This document shows, in pieces, positions 18,799 through 29,700 of a stretch of DNA of 64,000 nt. The notes below the pieces were generated by a model. The model was not told where the DNA came from. It did no database searches and saw only the letters and a list, made by a program, of their open reading frames with translations. This DNA is from an uncultured virus (IMG/VR IMGVR_UViG_3300012665_000499) (lineage: Duplodnaviria; Heunggongvirae; Uroviricota; Caudoviricetes): the IMG/VR virus record IMGVR_UViG_3300012665_000499; one strand, 5' to 3'. Numbering within the stretch: position 1 is the first letter of the stretch; every line of letters starts with the position of its first letter. Position numbers and translations under genes: made by a program.

Positions 18799-19223
18799 AT
18801 CTGACCAACAACTTTACCCTCGAAGAACTGACGCACACTGACCACCGCGAGCTGGACAACACGCCCAATGCCGAGGAGACTGCCAACCTAACCCGTTTGG
18901 CGCTGGTGCTGGAGCAGGTGAAATACACACTAGGTGGCAAGCCCATCATGGTGAACTCCGCCTTCCGTAGTAAGGCCGTCAATGACGCAGTGGGCTCCAA
19001 AGATACTAGCCAGCACCGCCGTGGTTGTGCTGCCGACATCCGGGTTCCGGGCATGACCCCTGACGAAGTGGTACGATACATCATCGCCTCAGATATTGGC
19101 TACGACCAAGTGATCCGTGAGTTTGATCGCTGGACGCACATTAGCATCCCCAATACCGTCATGGCTGCGCCCCGGAAATCCGCGTTGATTATTGACAAAT
19201 CAGGTACTCGACCTTTCGCCTGA
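18795..19223 (+). CDS. Endolysin, peptidase M15A family
   Basis: NFTLEEL, SAFRS..VN..VGS..TSQH..G.AAD, WTHIS Zn ligands. Confidence 0.9.
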   Translation: MNLTNNFTLEELTHTDHRELDNTPNAEETANLTRLALVLEQVKYTLGGKPIMVNSAFRSKAVNDAVGSKDTSQHRRGCAADIRVPGMTPDEVVRYIIASDIGYDQVIREFDRWTHISIPNTVMAAPRKSALIIDKSGTRPFA

Positions 19224-19241
19224 TTCATGGGAAAATGAGCT

Positions 19242-21593
19242 ATGCCCTTACAAAAAGTCGTCCTAAAGCCCGGTGTTAACCGCGAAAACACTCGTTACAC
19301 CAACGAGGGCGGCTACTATGAATCGGACAAAGTTCGGTTTCGTCAGGGCACACCAGAAAAAATTGGAGGGTGGTCACGTTTTTCCGCCAACACTTATTTA
19401 GGCATTTGCCGTTCCTTATGGAACTGGGTTACGTTGGCAGGTGCAAACCTTATGGGTGTAGGTACTGACCGAAAGTTCTATATCGAGCAGACGGGGATTT
19501 ACTACGATATAACCCCTATCGTTTCCAGCCACATACTCTCACCCAACCCGGTAACTACGATTAGCGGGTCCAACTCAGTCACCGTAGTGGATGCAAGCTA
19601 CGCCCCTGTAACCGGGGACTTTGTAATTTTTTCAGGAGTTGCAACAGTAAACAACGTGACGCTTAGTGGAGAGTATGAAGTTACGACACTGGCTACCGTC
19701 ACTACTACCGGAAGTATTGCTGGGTATACCTTAACAGTAACCGTGGTGGCCGGGGGAGCCTTAGCCGTTGGTCATGTGCTATCTGGTACAGGTGTTACTG
19801 TAGGAACCAAGATCGTTGCCTTTGGCACAGGTACTGGGGGTACTGGTACTTACACAGTCAGCGTTTCGCAGACGGTAGCCTCTACCACTATTACAGCTAA
19901 TCCCGTAGCTAATTCTTTTCAAGTAACGTCCGCTACCGTTGCAAACGCCGCTGGGTCAGGTGGGGGTTCTGTAGCCTATGCGGCATATCAACTGCACTTC
20001 GGTACTGCAATCTCCACCACTGCTGCTGGTTGGAGCGCAAACACATGGAGCAGCGGAAACTGGGGTGGCGTAGGGTACAACGCAACGGCTACTTTAAGTA
20101 TCTGGAGCCAATTTAACTTTGGTGAAAATCTTCTGCTCGGTCCAAAATTGGGCCCATTGTATTACTGGAACGCCACCACCGCACCAACACTACTCGCGCC
20201 GACACAGATTACTATTTCAAACGCAAGTCCCGCAGTGGCTACCTTAGCCAGCAACTCAACTACGCCAATACTTAGCGGTACCGCGATCATGTTTGAGACT
20301 ACGGGGGCACTGCCGCTGCCGCTTGCGCCGTTTATTGTGTATTACGTTACATACGTTACAGCTACTACGTTTAAGCTGTCCACCAGTTACGCAAACTATG
20401 TAGCGGGTACTTTTATAGACACGTCAACTGCAGGGTCGGGTACACAGTCGTTATCTATACGGGCAATCCCTGTGGCCGCACTGGCGGGAGCTAGTGATGT
20501 ACCGCTTCTACAGAATACTTTACTAGTGTCGGATGCCAGCCGATTTACATTTTGCTTTGGGGCTAACGACTTTGGAAGCACTACGTATGACCCGATGTTG
20601 GTTCGTTGGTCTGACCAAGAGAGCGTCACAAACTGGACCCCTGCAGTAACTAACCAGTCCGGTAGCATACGTTTATCACACGGCTCATTAATCCAAGCCG
20701 TTTTGCAAGCTCGCCAAGAGATTTTGGTTCTTACTGACGCGGCCATTTACTCCTTGCAATACCTCGGAGCTCCGTATGTTTGGGGCTCCCAACTGCTCAG
20801 CGACAACATTTCAATTACCAGCCTTAACGCTGCGGCATACACCAACGGCACTGCGTATTGGATGGGACAGGATAAGTTCTATAAATACGACGGACGAGTT
20901 CAAACCCTCCGCTGCGATTTGCGGCAGTTTGTGTATAACGACATTAACCGCGCACAGTTTTCTCAAATATTTTGTAGTTCCAATGAAGGTTTTAATGAAG
21001 TCTGGTGGTTCTACTGTACGGCAGCCAGCAGCACAATTGACCGATATGTGGTGTACAACTACGCCGAGGACATCTGGTATTACGGCAGTATGGCCCGCAC
21101 CGCATGGCTAGACACATCGCTCAGAAACTACCCAACAGCCGCTACATACGTTAACAATTTGGTTTATCACGAGAACGGTGTAGACGACGGTTCTTTGGCT
21201 GTCCCCGTACCAATACTTGCAAGTGTCACGACATCCCAGTTTGATATTGGCGACGGACACAACATGGCGTTTGTGTGGCGTATGCTGCCTGACTTAACGT
21301 TCCGGGGGTCTACAGAAGGGACTACGCCTAGATTGGTAATGCAGCTTTTGCCCTTGCAAAACTCTGGTTCTGGGTATAACACTCCTCCTTCGGTTGGTTC
21401 AGACACCCCGCAAGCGGCGGTCTATGTAACAGCTACGCAGACTTACCCAATTGAGTTAGACACCTACACAGGACAAGTCAATATTCGGGTTCGTGGTCGG
21501 CAGATGTCTATGCGTATTATTTCAAACGATTTGGGTACGCAGTGGCAAATGGGAAGCCCTCGTATTGACATTCGTCAGGACGGAAGACGCTAA
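19242..21593 (+). CDS. Tail nozzle / DNA stabilisation protein (P22 gp10/T7 gp12-like)
   Basis: 783 aa beta-rich; KVRFRQG.PEKIGGW, VRWSDQE, RVRGRQ; followed by ejection-type genes. Confidence 0.75.
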   Translation: MPLQKVVLKPGVNRENTRYTNEGGYYESDKVRFRQGTPEKIGGWSRFSANTYLGICRSLWNWVTLAGANLMGVGTDRKFYIEQTGIYYDITPIVSSHILSPNPVTTISGSNSVTVVDASYAPVTGDFVIFSGVATVNNVTLSGEYEVTTLATVTTTGSIAGYTLTVTVVAGGALAVGHVLSGTGVTVGTKIVAFGTGTGGTGTYTVSVSQTVASTTITANPVANSFQVTSATVANAAGSGGGSVAYAAYQLHFGTAISTTAAGWSANTWSSGNWGGVGYNATATLSIWSQFNFGENLLLGPKLGPLYYWNATTAPTLLAPTQITISNASPAVATLASNSTTPILSGTAIMFETTGALPLPLAPFIVYYVTYVTATTFKLSTSYANYVAGTFIDTSTAGSGTQSLSIRAIPVAALAGASDVPLLQNTLLVSDASRFTFCFGANDFGSTTYDPMLVRWSDQESVTNWTPAVTNQSGSIRLSHGSLIQAVLQARQEILVLTDAAIYSLQYLGAPYVWGSQLLSDNISITSLNAAAYTNGTAYWMGQDKFYKYDGRVQTLRCDLRQFVYNDINRAQFSQIFCSSNEGFNEVWWFYCTAASSTIDRYVVYNYAEDIWYYGSMARTAWLDTSLRNYPTAATYVNNLVYHENGVDDGSLAVPVPILASVTTSQFDIGDGHNMAFVWRMLPDLTFRGSTEGTTPRLVMQLLPLQNSGSGYNTPPSVGSDTPQAAVYVTATQTYPIELDTYTGQVNIRVRGRQMSMRIISNDLGTQWQMGSPRIDIRQDGRR

Positions 21594-21594
21594 C

Positions 21595-21894
21595 ATGTCC
21601 CAAAAGAATGTAGTTGCACCTCGGCTGCCTAGCGCCCCTCCTGCGTACGATCCGTCGTACCAAGATAAGTTTACTAATTTGTTGCGTTTGTATTTTAACC
21701 AATTGGATAACCAAAGCCCAATTAATATCTCCACACAGCGTATTGGTGCAGAAATAATTGCCGCCCTAAGTGCGCCCCCTACCCCCGGTACATCTGTTCC
21801 GAGCATGCCAACACAAGCGGATGTAGCCAACCTGCGCATAGGTGATGTCTATTACGATACGACCGCCGGCAATGTACTCAAGGTAAAAGTATGA
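21595..21894 (+). CDS. Small tail protein
   Basis: APRLP.AP..YD...LRLYFNQLD; follows nozzle. Confidence 0.6.
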   Translation: MSQKNVVAPRLPSAPPAYDPSYQDKFTNLLRLYFNQLDNQSPINISTQRIGAEIIAALSAPPTPGTSVPSMPTQADVANLRIGDVYYDTTAGNVLKVKV

Positions 21895-23270
21895 TTGATA
21901 TATTCAAACTCCTTGAATCACAAGGCTACCGCCACGGGGGTCCAATCCGCTATTTTGATACCGGCGGTGGCGCAGATGGCAGTGGAGGGCGAGATGGCCC
22001 AGCGGACGGTGGAGATGGCGGTGGAGATACTAGTCACGATACAAGCCCCCAGAGCGAAAGAGGCCCATTGAGCGGCGATGCGTTTTCAAATTTATCTACT
22101 CCTGATGTAGGCCGTATAGATGCTGGCGGAACTACGTCTACCAACGGAGATGATGGAAGTGCTACTAGTGAACCTGCAAGCGTAACTTCTGTTACCAGTA
22201 CACCTTCAGCGTATGCCAATGTCAAACCCGGTGAAGAAGCGTTTGCGCAATATGGCTCTACCATAGGTACCAACATTCACAACCAAGCAGAACAAGCAAA
22301 AGCAGAAGGAACCACCCTTGCGTCCATCCTTGGACGGGAACCAAATTACGGCGAGCTCTCGCAGCTAAGCGACTCTGGTATGGGGTCTATGGAGGGGGTA
22401 AACCCTAATAATCTGACGGGCCAAACCGTAGACCAGATGCTGGCTACCCAAGACTTTGCCGCCGTCGTAGATAAATACGCCATACCCGCGCTGTCGGCCA
22501 TGGTGCCTAACTTTGCCATTGCGTACAACCTTGCTAAGGTGGCTAGCGGCGATATAACCGTTGGGCAGGCGCTTACTTCGTTTGCTACCTCATACGCAGC
22601 AAAAGCCCTTGGGGTGAGCCCATCTGTACTTAGCTCAATGGTTGCTGGTAATTTTGGCCAAGCCGTTGCATCGCAGGCGTTAGGTAGCATTACACAAGGT
22701 ATTGCAAAGGCTTCAAGCGTACCCGGCGGCTTAGTAGCATTTGGGTTAAAAGAATCAGGTGCTGGGCAAGCTATTGGTAATGCTATTAACAGCACAATCG
22801 GCAATACAGGCATGGGAATTTCTACGTCTTCTATTGCAAAATCAATTGACAATGCTGTTTCAGGTATTGGCGGGGCTATTACGGGTTCCGCTACAACTGC
22901 AGGGACTACAGGCACCGGAGCGCAGCCTTTAAGTTTAGACCCTATAGACAATATTCTTAACAGTTCGTCCAATACACCTACCATAGATGATTTAGTAATG
23001 ACGAGTACGCCAACTGCACCCATTGCATCTACTCCTTCGGTACCCAATCCATCCGCTAGCAGTTTTGCTATCCCGGTTAACACCGCAGCAGCTACCCCAT
23101 ATAACGGCGCGGAAATCGATTATCTGTATGACGTGGGCGGGAGCAATATATTTGCGCCCCAAAAAGCTGGCACTCCAAAGCCAGATGTCCTAAAATACTT
23201 GCAAACCAATGTGGCAACTGCCGCGCAGGGCGGGTCTATTACCGACCTTTTAGATTACGTAAGGAAATAA
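21891..23270 (+). CDS. Internal virion/ejection protein
   Basis: Low-complexity Gly/Ala/Ser with hydrophobic helices; position after nozzle. Confidence 0.6.
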   Translation: MIDIFKLLESQGYRHGGPIRYFDTGGGADGSGGRDGPADGGDGGGDTSHDTSPQSERGPLSGDAFSNLSTPDVGRIDAGGTTSTNGDDGSATSEPASVTSVTSTPSAYANVKPGEEAFAQYGSTIGTNIHNQAEQAKAEGTTLASILGREPNYGELSQLSDSGMGSMEGVNPNNLTGQTVDQMLATQDFAAVVDKYAIPALSAMVPNFAIAYNLAKVASGDITVGQALTSFATSYAAKALGVSPSVLSSMVAGNFGQAVASQALGSITQGIAKASSVPGGLVAFGLKESGAGQAIGNAINSTIGNTGMGISTSSIAKSIDNAVSGIGGAITGSATTAGTTGTGAQPLSLDPIDNILNSSSNTPTIDDLVMTSTPTAPIASTPSVPNPSASSFAIPVNTAAATPYNGAEIDYLYDVGGSNIFAPQKAGTPKPDVLKYLQTNVATAAQGGSITDLLDYVRK

Positions 23271-23271
23271 T

Positions 23272-25152
23272 ATGGCTTGGTATAAATCTTATGACGACGA
23301 ATACGGCGAACAGGATTACTGGGTAGACGACCCTGCGAAAATTCTAGATACACAAGCCATCTATCCGGAGCAGGTTGATCCTGAGTACCGCTCATCGTTT
23401 ACTTACACTGAGCCACAGTCTGTAAAGTTTACTCCAGCGGAAGAAGCGCAGATTGCTAAAAACTACCCCTCAAGTGTGTATGAGACGATTACAAATGCGG
23501 CGTCTACGCTTGGCAAGTCAGCATGGGACGCTGTTGTTTCTCGATACACAAAGCCAGACGGTAGTACAGATTGGGGTAAAGTAGCTACAGATGGCGCTGC
23601 TGTATACGCTGCAAAACAAGCGTACGACCAAGCAAACAAACCCGTTACCCCCACAGGCTACCAAGGTGGAATCCCAAGCTACACAGGTGTGCGTGAACAA
23701 GTAACACCTACCCAAGGATTACGTGCGGGCCAAGGTGGTCAACGGTATTTCACAGACATGAAGTACGCTACTGAGGGTGGGCTTCCCGCCGCTCAGGCAG
23801 CTACCGCAGCGCAAGCTACCGCATTAACCGAACGAAACGCAACTCGCCCAGTGGCTCCTGCAGCGCCAGTAAATCCCGATCCTAATTCCAATACATTTTT
23901 TGGACGGGCACCTGCGGTACAAGCTGCTGAAGGTGGGCTCATGGGTTACGCCAAGGGTGGGGTTCCTACCAAGCCTGAAGGCACCTATTTAAGTGGAGAT
24001 ACAGACGGTATGGCAGATCAAATTAAGGCAACCATTGACGGTAAGCAGCCTGCTCGCCTAGCGCACGGAGAGTTTGTAGTTCCTGCAGACGTTGTATCTC
24101 ATTTAGGGAACGGCAACTCCGACGCCGGCGCTAAGCAACTCTACAAGATGATGGACCGTATCCGTATGGCCCGCACTGGTAACAAGAAGCAAGGCAAAGA
24201 GATTGACCCCAACAAGTTTGCACCGGGCGGAATTGCCGCCTATGCAGAGGGTGGGCATATCCCCGGGTACGCGGGTACTACCGACGGGTCACTTGTAGCG
24301 TCTGGCGTTACAGGAACCGAGTCCAACCTATCTAACTGGGCGGGTCCATATGTAACCGATATGCTGGGAAAAGGTAAAGCTCTAAGCGAGCAGCCGTACC
24401 AAGCGTACCAAGGGCCTCTTACTGCTGGTCCATCTGCATTGCAAGAAACTGGCTTCCAGAACGCTGCCAACATCTCAACCCCTATGGGTATTGGGCAAGC
24501 CGCAGAAACCGCTGGCGGTATTGCCGGACAGAAGCAGACTTCTAGTTTCCTAGCACCGGGTACTACTCAATCGTACATGAACCCCTACATGCAGAATGTA
24601 GTAGACGTCCAGCAAAAAGAAGCCCAGCGTACTGCAGATATTGCTGCAACCAATCGACAAGGACAGCAGACGCAAGCTGGGGCTTTTGGCGGTTCGCGCG
24701 CGGCCGTTATGGATGCAGAAGCTGCTCGTAACTTAGCGTTGCAACAAGGACAGATTCAGGCTACCGGGCTACAGTCCGCCTACGACGCGGCCGCTAAGCA
24801 GTTCAACACCGAGCAGACTACCGGTCTAGCAGGGGTCAATACCCAACTACAAGCCGCACAAGCGCAAGGCAATTTGGGCGCTACCCAGAACGCTGCTGGA
24901 CTGGCAAACCTCAACGCACAACTGGGCGCAGGTGCTACACAACAAGGCATCGAGCAAGCCGGCGTTACCGCAGACAAGGCAGCGTTTGAAGCAGAGCGCG
25001 ATAATCCATACAAGATGGCGCAGTACCAGCAGTCATTGCTGCAAGGGTTGCCACTGGCGGCTCAGAGCTACAACATCACAAACAATCCGTATGCCGCAGC
25101 AGCCAACGCTGGAAGTGGTGTCTACTCTATGTTCAATACCGCAGCCAAATAA
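23272..25152 (+). CDS. Internal virion/ejection protein
   Basis: YAKGG...ARLAHGEFVVPADVV domain; YMNPY, GAFGGSR and Gln/Ala coiled coil. Confidence 0.7.
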   Translation: MAWYKSYDDEYGEQDYWVDDPAKILDTQAIYPEQVDPEYRSSFTYTEPQSVKFTPAEEAQIAKNYPSSVYETITNAASTLGKSAWDAVVSRYTKPDGSTDWGKVATDGAAVYAAKQAYDQANKPVTPTGYQGGIPSYTGVREQVTPTQGLRAGQGGQRYFTDMKYATEGGLPAAQAATAAQATALTERNATRPVAPAAPVNPDPNSNTFFGRAPAVQAAEGGLMGYAKGGVPTKPEGTYLSGDTDGMADQIKATIDGKQPARLAHGEFVVPADVVSHLGNGNSDAGAKQLYKMMDRIRMARTGNKKQGKEIDPNKFAPGGIAAYAEGGHIPGYAGTTDGSLVASGVTGTESNLSNWAGPYVTDMLGKGKALSEQPYQAYQGPLTAGPSALQETGFQNAANISTPMGIGQAAETAGGIAGQKQTSSFLAPGTTQSYMNPYMQNVVDVQQKEAQRTADIAATNRQGQQTQAGAFGGSRAAVMDAEAARNLALQQGQIQATGLQSAYDAAAKQFNTEQTTGLAGVNTQLQAAQAQGNLGATQNAAGLANLNAQLGAGATQQGIEQAGVTADKAAFEAERDNPYKMAQYQQSLLQGLPLAAQSYNITNNPYAAAANAGSGVYSMFNTAAK

Positions 25153-25161
25153 GGACTGAAA

Positions 25162-26757
25162 ATGTATAACACACGCGAAGCAGCAGCGTACAGCGGCCAT
25201 TTGCCCCAAGCTGGGGTTACCCCACAATTGCTTGATCTGTTAGCGATGCAGAAAGTTGATGCTGACAAAAAAGCGGCAGCCCAACAAATGGCTATACAGG
25301 CGGGCCAAGCCAATATGCCCACTGTTGCGCAGGGCCTCGAGCAGCAAGCCCTTAATTCCGCCCGTGGCGAGATTGCACAGAAACTAGGTTTGGCTGGGTT
25401 GGCTCAGCAGCAAGCACCTCAAGGCCCCCAAGGGCCTGCGCCCCAGCAGCCGCCTGCACAGGGTTTAGAGAACGCGCCTTCAGCATTACCTCAGACTTAC
25501 CAAGAAGGCGGGATTGTTGCGTTTGCCAAGGCCGGTGCAGTTCCAGAAGCTGAAGAAGACGTGTACAGCCCTGAAGGGGTGTTGGTTTCAGGACCCGGCC
25601 TTGACAGAGTAGGCGCGGAAGACATGACCCTTATGGAGCGGTTAGGGATTTTCAACAGAGAAAACCGTAAGGCAAATGAAAGAGGAGAGGCCGCAGCAGC
25701 GGCACGAACCCAACCTGCAGCCCCCCGTGAAGTCCCCGCCGCTGCACGAGTAGACGATCGTAAATACGTACGTAATATAGGAACGTCTTCCGCAGCAGAC
25801 CCACAAGTCCGCGCCCCTGTGGATAAACCAAAGGCTGGGTTGGCTGGCGTGGCTGACGCATCTGCCGCTCCTCCACGGACTGCACCTGCTACATACGATC
25901 CGAACTCGTTTATGGGCATGGCTATGAAGGCTCAAAAAGATACAGCCGCCCTCAAGCCGCAAGACGCTTATGTAAAAGGCAAAGAAGAGTACCAAACTGA
26001 AATTGGCGCAGGTTTAGACCGCGACATGGCAAACCAACAGGCGCGTATTGCAAAGCGCGAGGAACTGTTTGCCCGTCAGGCTGCTGAGCGCCCATCCAGT
26101 TTTCTTCGCGGTTTGCAATTAATGGGTAAGAACACCCGTGGTATCGGCCTCGGCGGGGCTTTTGAAGGCGTGTCCGAGGGCATTGACAAAACCAATGCCG
26201 GTTACACCACTCAAGATATTGCCAACCAAACCGCAATAGACGGCTTGAATGAGGCTATGGAAAAAGCTCGCCAGTCTAAGGACATCGGGGCATACACCGC
26301 GGCTAAAGGGGCCCGTGACGCAATCGTTACCCAGCAAAAAGACTCCAACAAAGAGTTGTCCCAACTTGCAGGTTATGAGAATCAAGCTGCAACTAGCCGG
26401 TACACTGCGCAACTCCAAGCCAGCACCTCCATGGCGGTAGCTAAACTGCAGGAAAAAGCAGCGGATAACCGGCTTAGCGCACAGCAGCAAAATGATGCGC
26501 GGAAAGACCTTGCTCAAGCCGCAGCTTCCATAGACAAAGACCTGAAAGACTTTGCGCAGGATAAGAAACTTTTGATGGAGCTACCAAGTGCTGCAAACAT
26601 GGCCAAGGTAGCGGAGTTGGATGTTGCAATCGGCAATGCCCGTAGGCTAAAACAACAGATTATGAGTAAATCGTATGCGGCGCAAGGCGCTGAGGTTCCT
26701 GCCGCAGCCCCTACAATGGCCCCACCTCCCCCCGGAGCGGTCCGCCTTAAAAAATAA
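25162..26757 (+). CDS. Internal virion/ejection protein
   Basis: Ala/Gln-rich helical; YQEGGIVAF motif. Confidence 0.65.
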   Translation: MYNTREAAAYSGHLPQAGVTPQLLDLLAMQKVDADKKAAAQQMAIQAGQANMPTVAQGLEQQALNSARGEIAQKLGLAGLAQQQAPQGPQGPAPQQPPAQGLENAPSALPQTYQEGGIVAFAKAGAVPEAEEDVYSPEGVLVSGPGLDRVGAEDMTLMERLGIFNRENRKANERGEAAAAARTQPAAPREVPAAARVDDRKYVRNIGTSSAADPQVRAPVDKPKAGLAGVADASAAPPRTAPATYDPNSFMGMAMKAQKDTAALKPQDAYVKGKEEYQTEIGAGLDRDMANQQARIAKREELFARQAAERPSSFLRGLQLMGKNTRGIGLGGAFEGVSEGIDKTNAGYTTQDIANQTAIDGLNEAMEKARQSKDIGAYTAAKGARDAIVTQQKDSNKELSQLAGYENQAATSRYTAQLQASTSMAVAKLQEKAADNRLSAQQQNDARKDLAQAAASIDKDLKDFAQDKKLLMELPSAANMAKVAELDVAIGNARRLKQQIMSKSYAAQGAEVPAAAPTMAPPPPGAVRLKK

Positions 26758-26768
26758 AAGGGTAATTT

Positions 26769-29700
26769 ATGCCAACGTATGAAGTTGATGTCCAAGGCAA
26801 AACCTATGAAGTGGACGCCCCGGACGCAAACACTGCATGGCAATGGGCGAACTACACGCATAAACAGCCCCCCGCCCCGGCACCTAAAGCTGCTGGGTTC
26901 TCCCTTGCGGATACTGCGTTAGGGTTGGGTCAAGGCGTCATTGGAGCCGGCAAGTCGCTGACTGATGTATTTGGTGCGGACAATGCGGTATCTGAAGCCC
27001 TAGGACGCGGACAGGCCGCGTTGGGTGAGATGAAAACTCCTGAGCGCCAAGCCGAGCAGGCCGCACGTCAGGCCAAGATTAAGGCCGCAGAGGGTACGGG
27101 TTTCCTAAACGAGATTGGTGCCGAGTTGGGCGCTGTTAAAGACGCGCCTATCCAAGCTACTGCCCAAGCCCTTGGGTCGTTTGCGCCCTACTTACTGACT
27201 GGTATTGTTGGCGGCGTAGCCAAACTTCTACCTGCTACGGTAAGAGTAATCAACGGAATCGTAGGCGCTGCGCAAGGCGCGGGCTCCATAAAAGGTTCCA
27301 TATACGACGCTGTATATGACGAGCTAAAAGGCAAAATGCCCGCGGACAAAGCCAAAGAGCAAGCCGCTATAGCCCAAGAATACAACGCTGCAAACGCTTT
27401 GGATATTGCTGGCGGTGCAGCCTTGGGCGCATTAGGCGCTCGCACGGGTGTGGAAAGCCAGTTAATTAAAGGCGCGGGCGCAAACGCTCCCGCTAAGTTC
27501 TTACCCCGGATAGGCCAAGCAGTATTAAAAGAATCCCCACTGGAAGGTGCCCAAGGAGGCCAAGAAAAGGTTGCGCAGAACCGGGCCTTACAACGCGCTG
27601 GATTCGATGTACCTACATTCCAAGGTGTTGCCGGACGGGCTGCAGGGGATGCGGCTATGGGTGCGTTGGCTGCTGGTGCAGTCAGTACAGTTCAAGGTGG
27701 TAAAGCAACAGACGAAGCCGACCCATACGCAGGGCTCTCAACTATTAAAGATACCGGTGCAACCGAGCCTACTGCACCTGAAGCGCCAGCTACACCTGCT
27801 GCGGAAGTATCTGAGTACGTCCAGTTGCAGCGCCGTAAAGCAGAACTGTTATCCGAGCCACGTAACCCAGAAAACAAGGCTGAGCTATCTGCTATCAACA
27901 AACAGATTGAAGTACTCAACATTAAGCTCTTTGACAAAGAACAGGCGAAAATAGCGGCCGTAGCTACAGACGAAGCAAAAGCTAAGCAGTCTGCGTTTAG
28001 TTTGCCCCCCGAAGGCTCACAGATGGAGATGGCCGGCGTCGGTACCACGGACCGATTGCCCCCTGAAGTAGATGCCAATGGCAACCCATTACGCCCTTTT
28101 GTTGGACCCGATAGAGATGTAGGTCTAGGCGACGTAATTGCTGCGGACTTCCCACCTACAACGGAAATCCTAAACGAGGCAGGTATCGCGCCTACCCAAG
28201 CAGAGTTAGAAGCTGCAGGTCAACAGCAGCTTGGATTCCCCAACCCTATATCCGAGGCGGAAGTAACTGCCTTTGGGGCATCTATGTCCAAGCCCAACCG
28301 GCAATGGTTGGCAGATAACCTCCTAGGGAAAACCCCTGACCAAGTTCGAGACGAGATTGCTGCCAAGCAATTGGTAGTGCCAGAGAACAAAGGGATACAG
28401 AAGGTAATCAAAGAGATCGTTGCCAATGTAACGCCCAAGGAGCCTCAAAATGCGCCCAATACGCAGCCTACAATTCAGCCGACCCCTCGAGCCAGAGGAC
28501 GTAAGCCAAGCGTGGATGTATCTGTTCCACCTACAGATGCCAACGCAGCAGCCACCACCGAGCAACCTAAAGGACCTGTCGGACAGCGACTGGTTCCTCC
28601 TGAGCAATCTACTGCTACAGGAAATGAACAGCAAGGACGAAAGCCTCTTACACTGAAGCCCCGGGTTGAAGTAGACACCGCTGAGATTGCCCGTCGCCAA
28701 GAAGCCGCCGACATTGCAGCACGGCTCGCTGAACAAGCCCAAGCCAGTGCGTTGGGTAAACCTGCGGTTGAGCAGCGTATGGTTGTGGAAGACCAGAGCA
28801 AAGCAACTCGTGAGGCAGCCGTGCGCCGTGCGGAAGAGGCCGCTCAGAAATTGGAAGCGGTAACCGATGAAACAGAAAAAGCATCTATAAAACAGCAAGC
28901 GCCGGTAAAGGGGCTACCCTCCAATGCACAAATTATTGGGGCGCTGAACGAGGTTATAAAAAGCCCACGGTTTACTGAAAATGTTAAGAACGACGCTCGT
29001 CGGCATATAAAAGCCGTACAAGAGAAAAAAGGAAAAGATGTTGCTGCAGGAAAAGAAGATGACCTGAGCGACGAGATGGCGTATAACTTCTTAGTTGCGC
29101 AAGCAAACAAGCCTCAGTACGCAATTGGAACTCCCCGTACTCCAGTGTCTGCGGAAGAAGCCTCAACTATCACCAAAGCCATCAGCGGAAAATCTTTGTT
29201 GGATGTAGCCGATTGGGCGGCTAAGAACATGACCTCCCCAGACTACCGCATCATCGCGGAGCGGGTAAGTGCAACATTGCGGGAATTGCAGAAGGCAGGA
29301 GTGCGTATTGGAACCCTGTCGGTAACTCCAGAAAACCAACGGCTAACGTCCGGTGCGCTGGGGGTAACCATCTATGACTTGCCAAAGGCAGGTAAGTCAT
29401 CTGAAGTAAAAATTACGCTAAATAACCACAGCAATGGAGCAAGCAGTGGAATACACCCAGAAGTCATACTGCATGAGTTAGTTCATGCCGCTACTATGGC
29501 TACCATCCGCGCGGGTAACTGGAAGTCTGCTGCGGGAACTCGAATGGGTGCGCTCAGCAAAAACTTATACGACGTAACCAATGCGGTACGGGCTCACTTT
29601 AACGCACGGGTAAAGTCGGGCGAACCCCTGACCGAATTTGAGCAAGCTATATATGCGCGGGGCAACAACGCGCTAGCCGATGCAAATGAGGTGTTAACGT

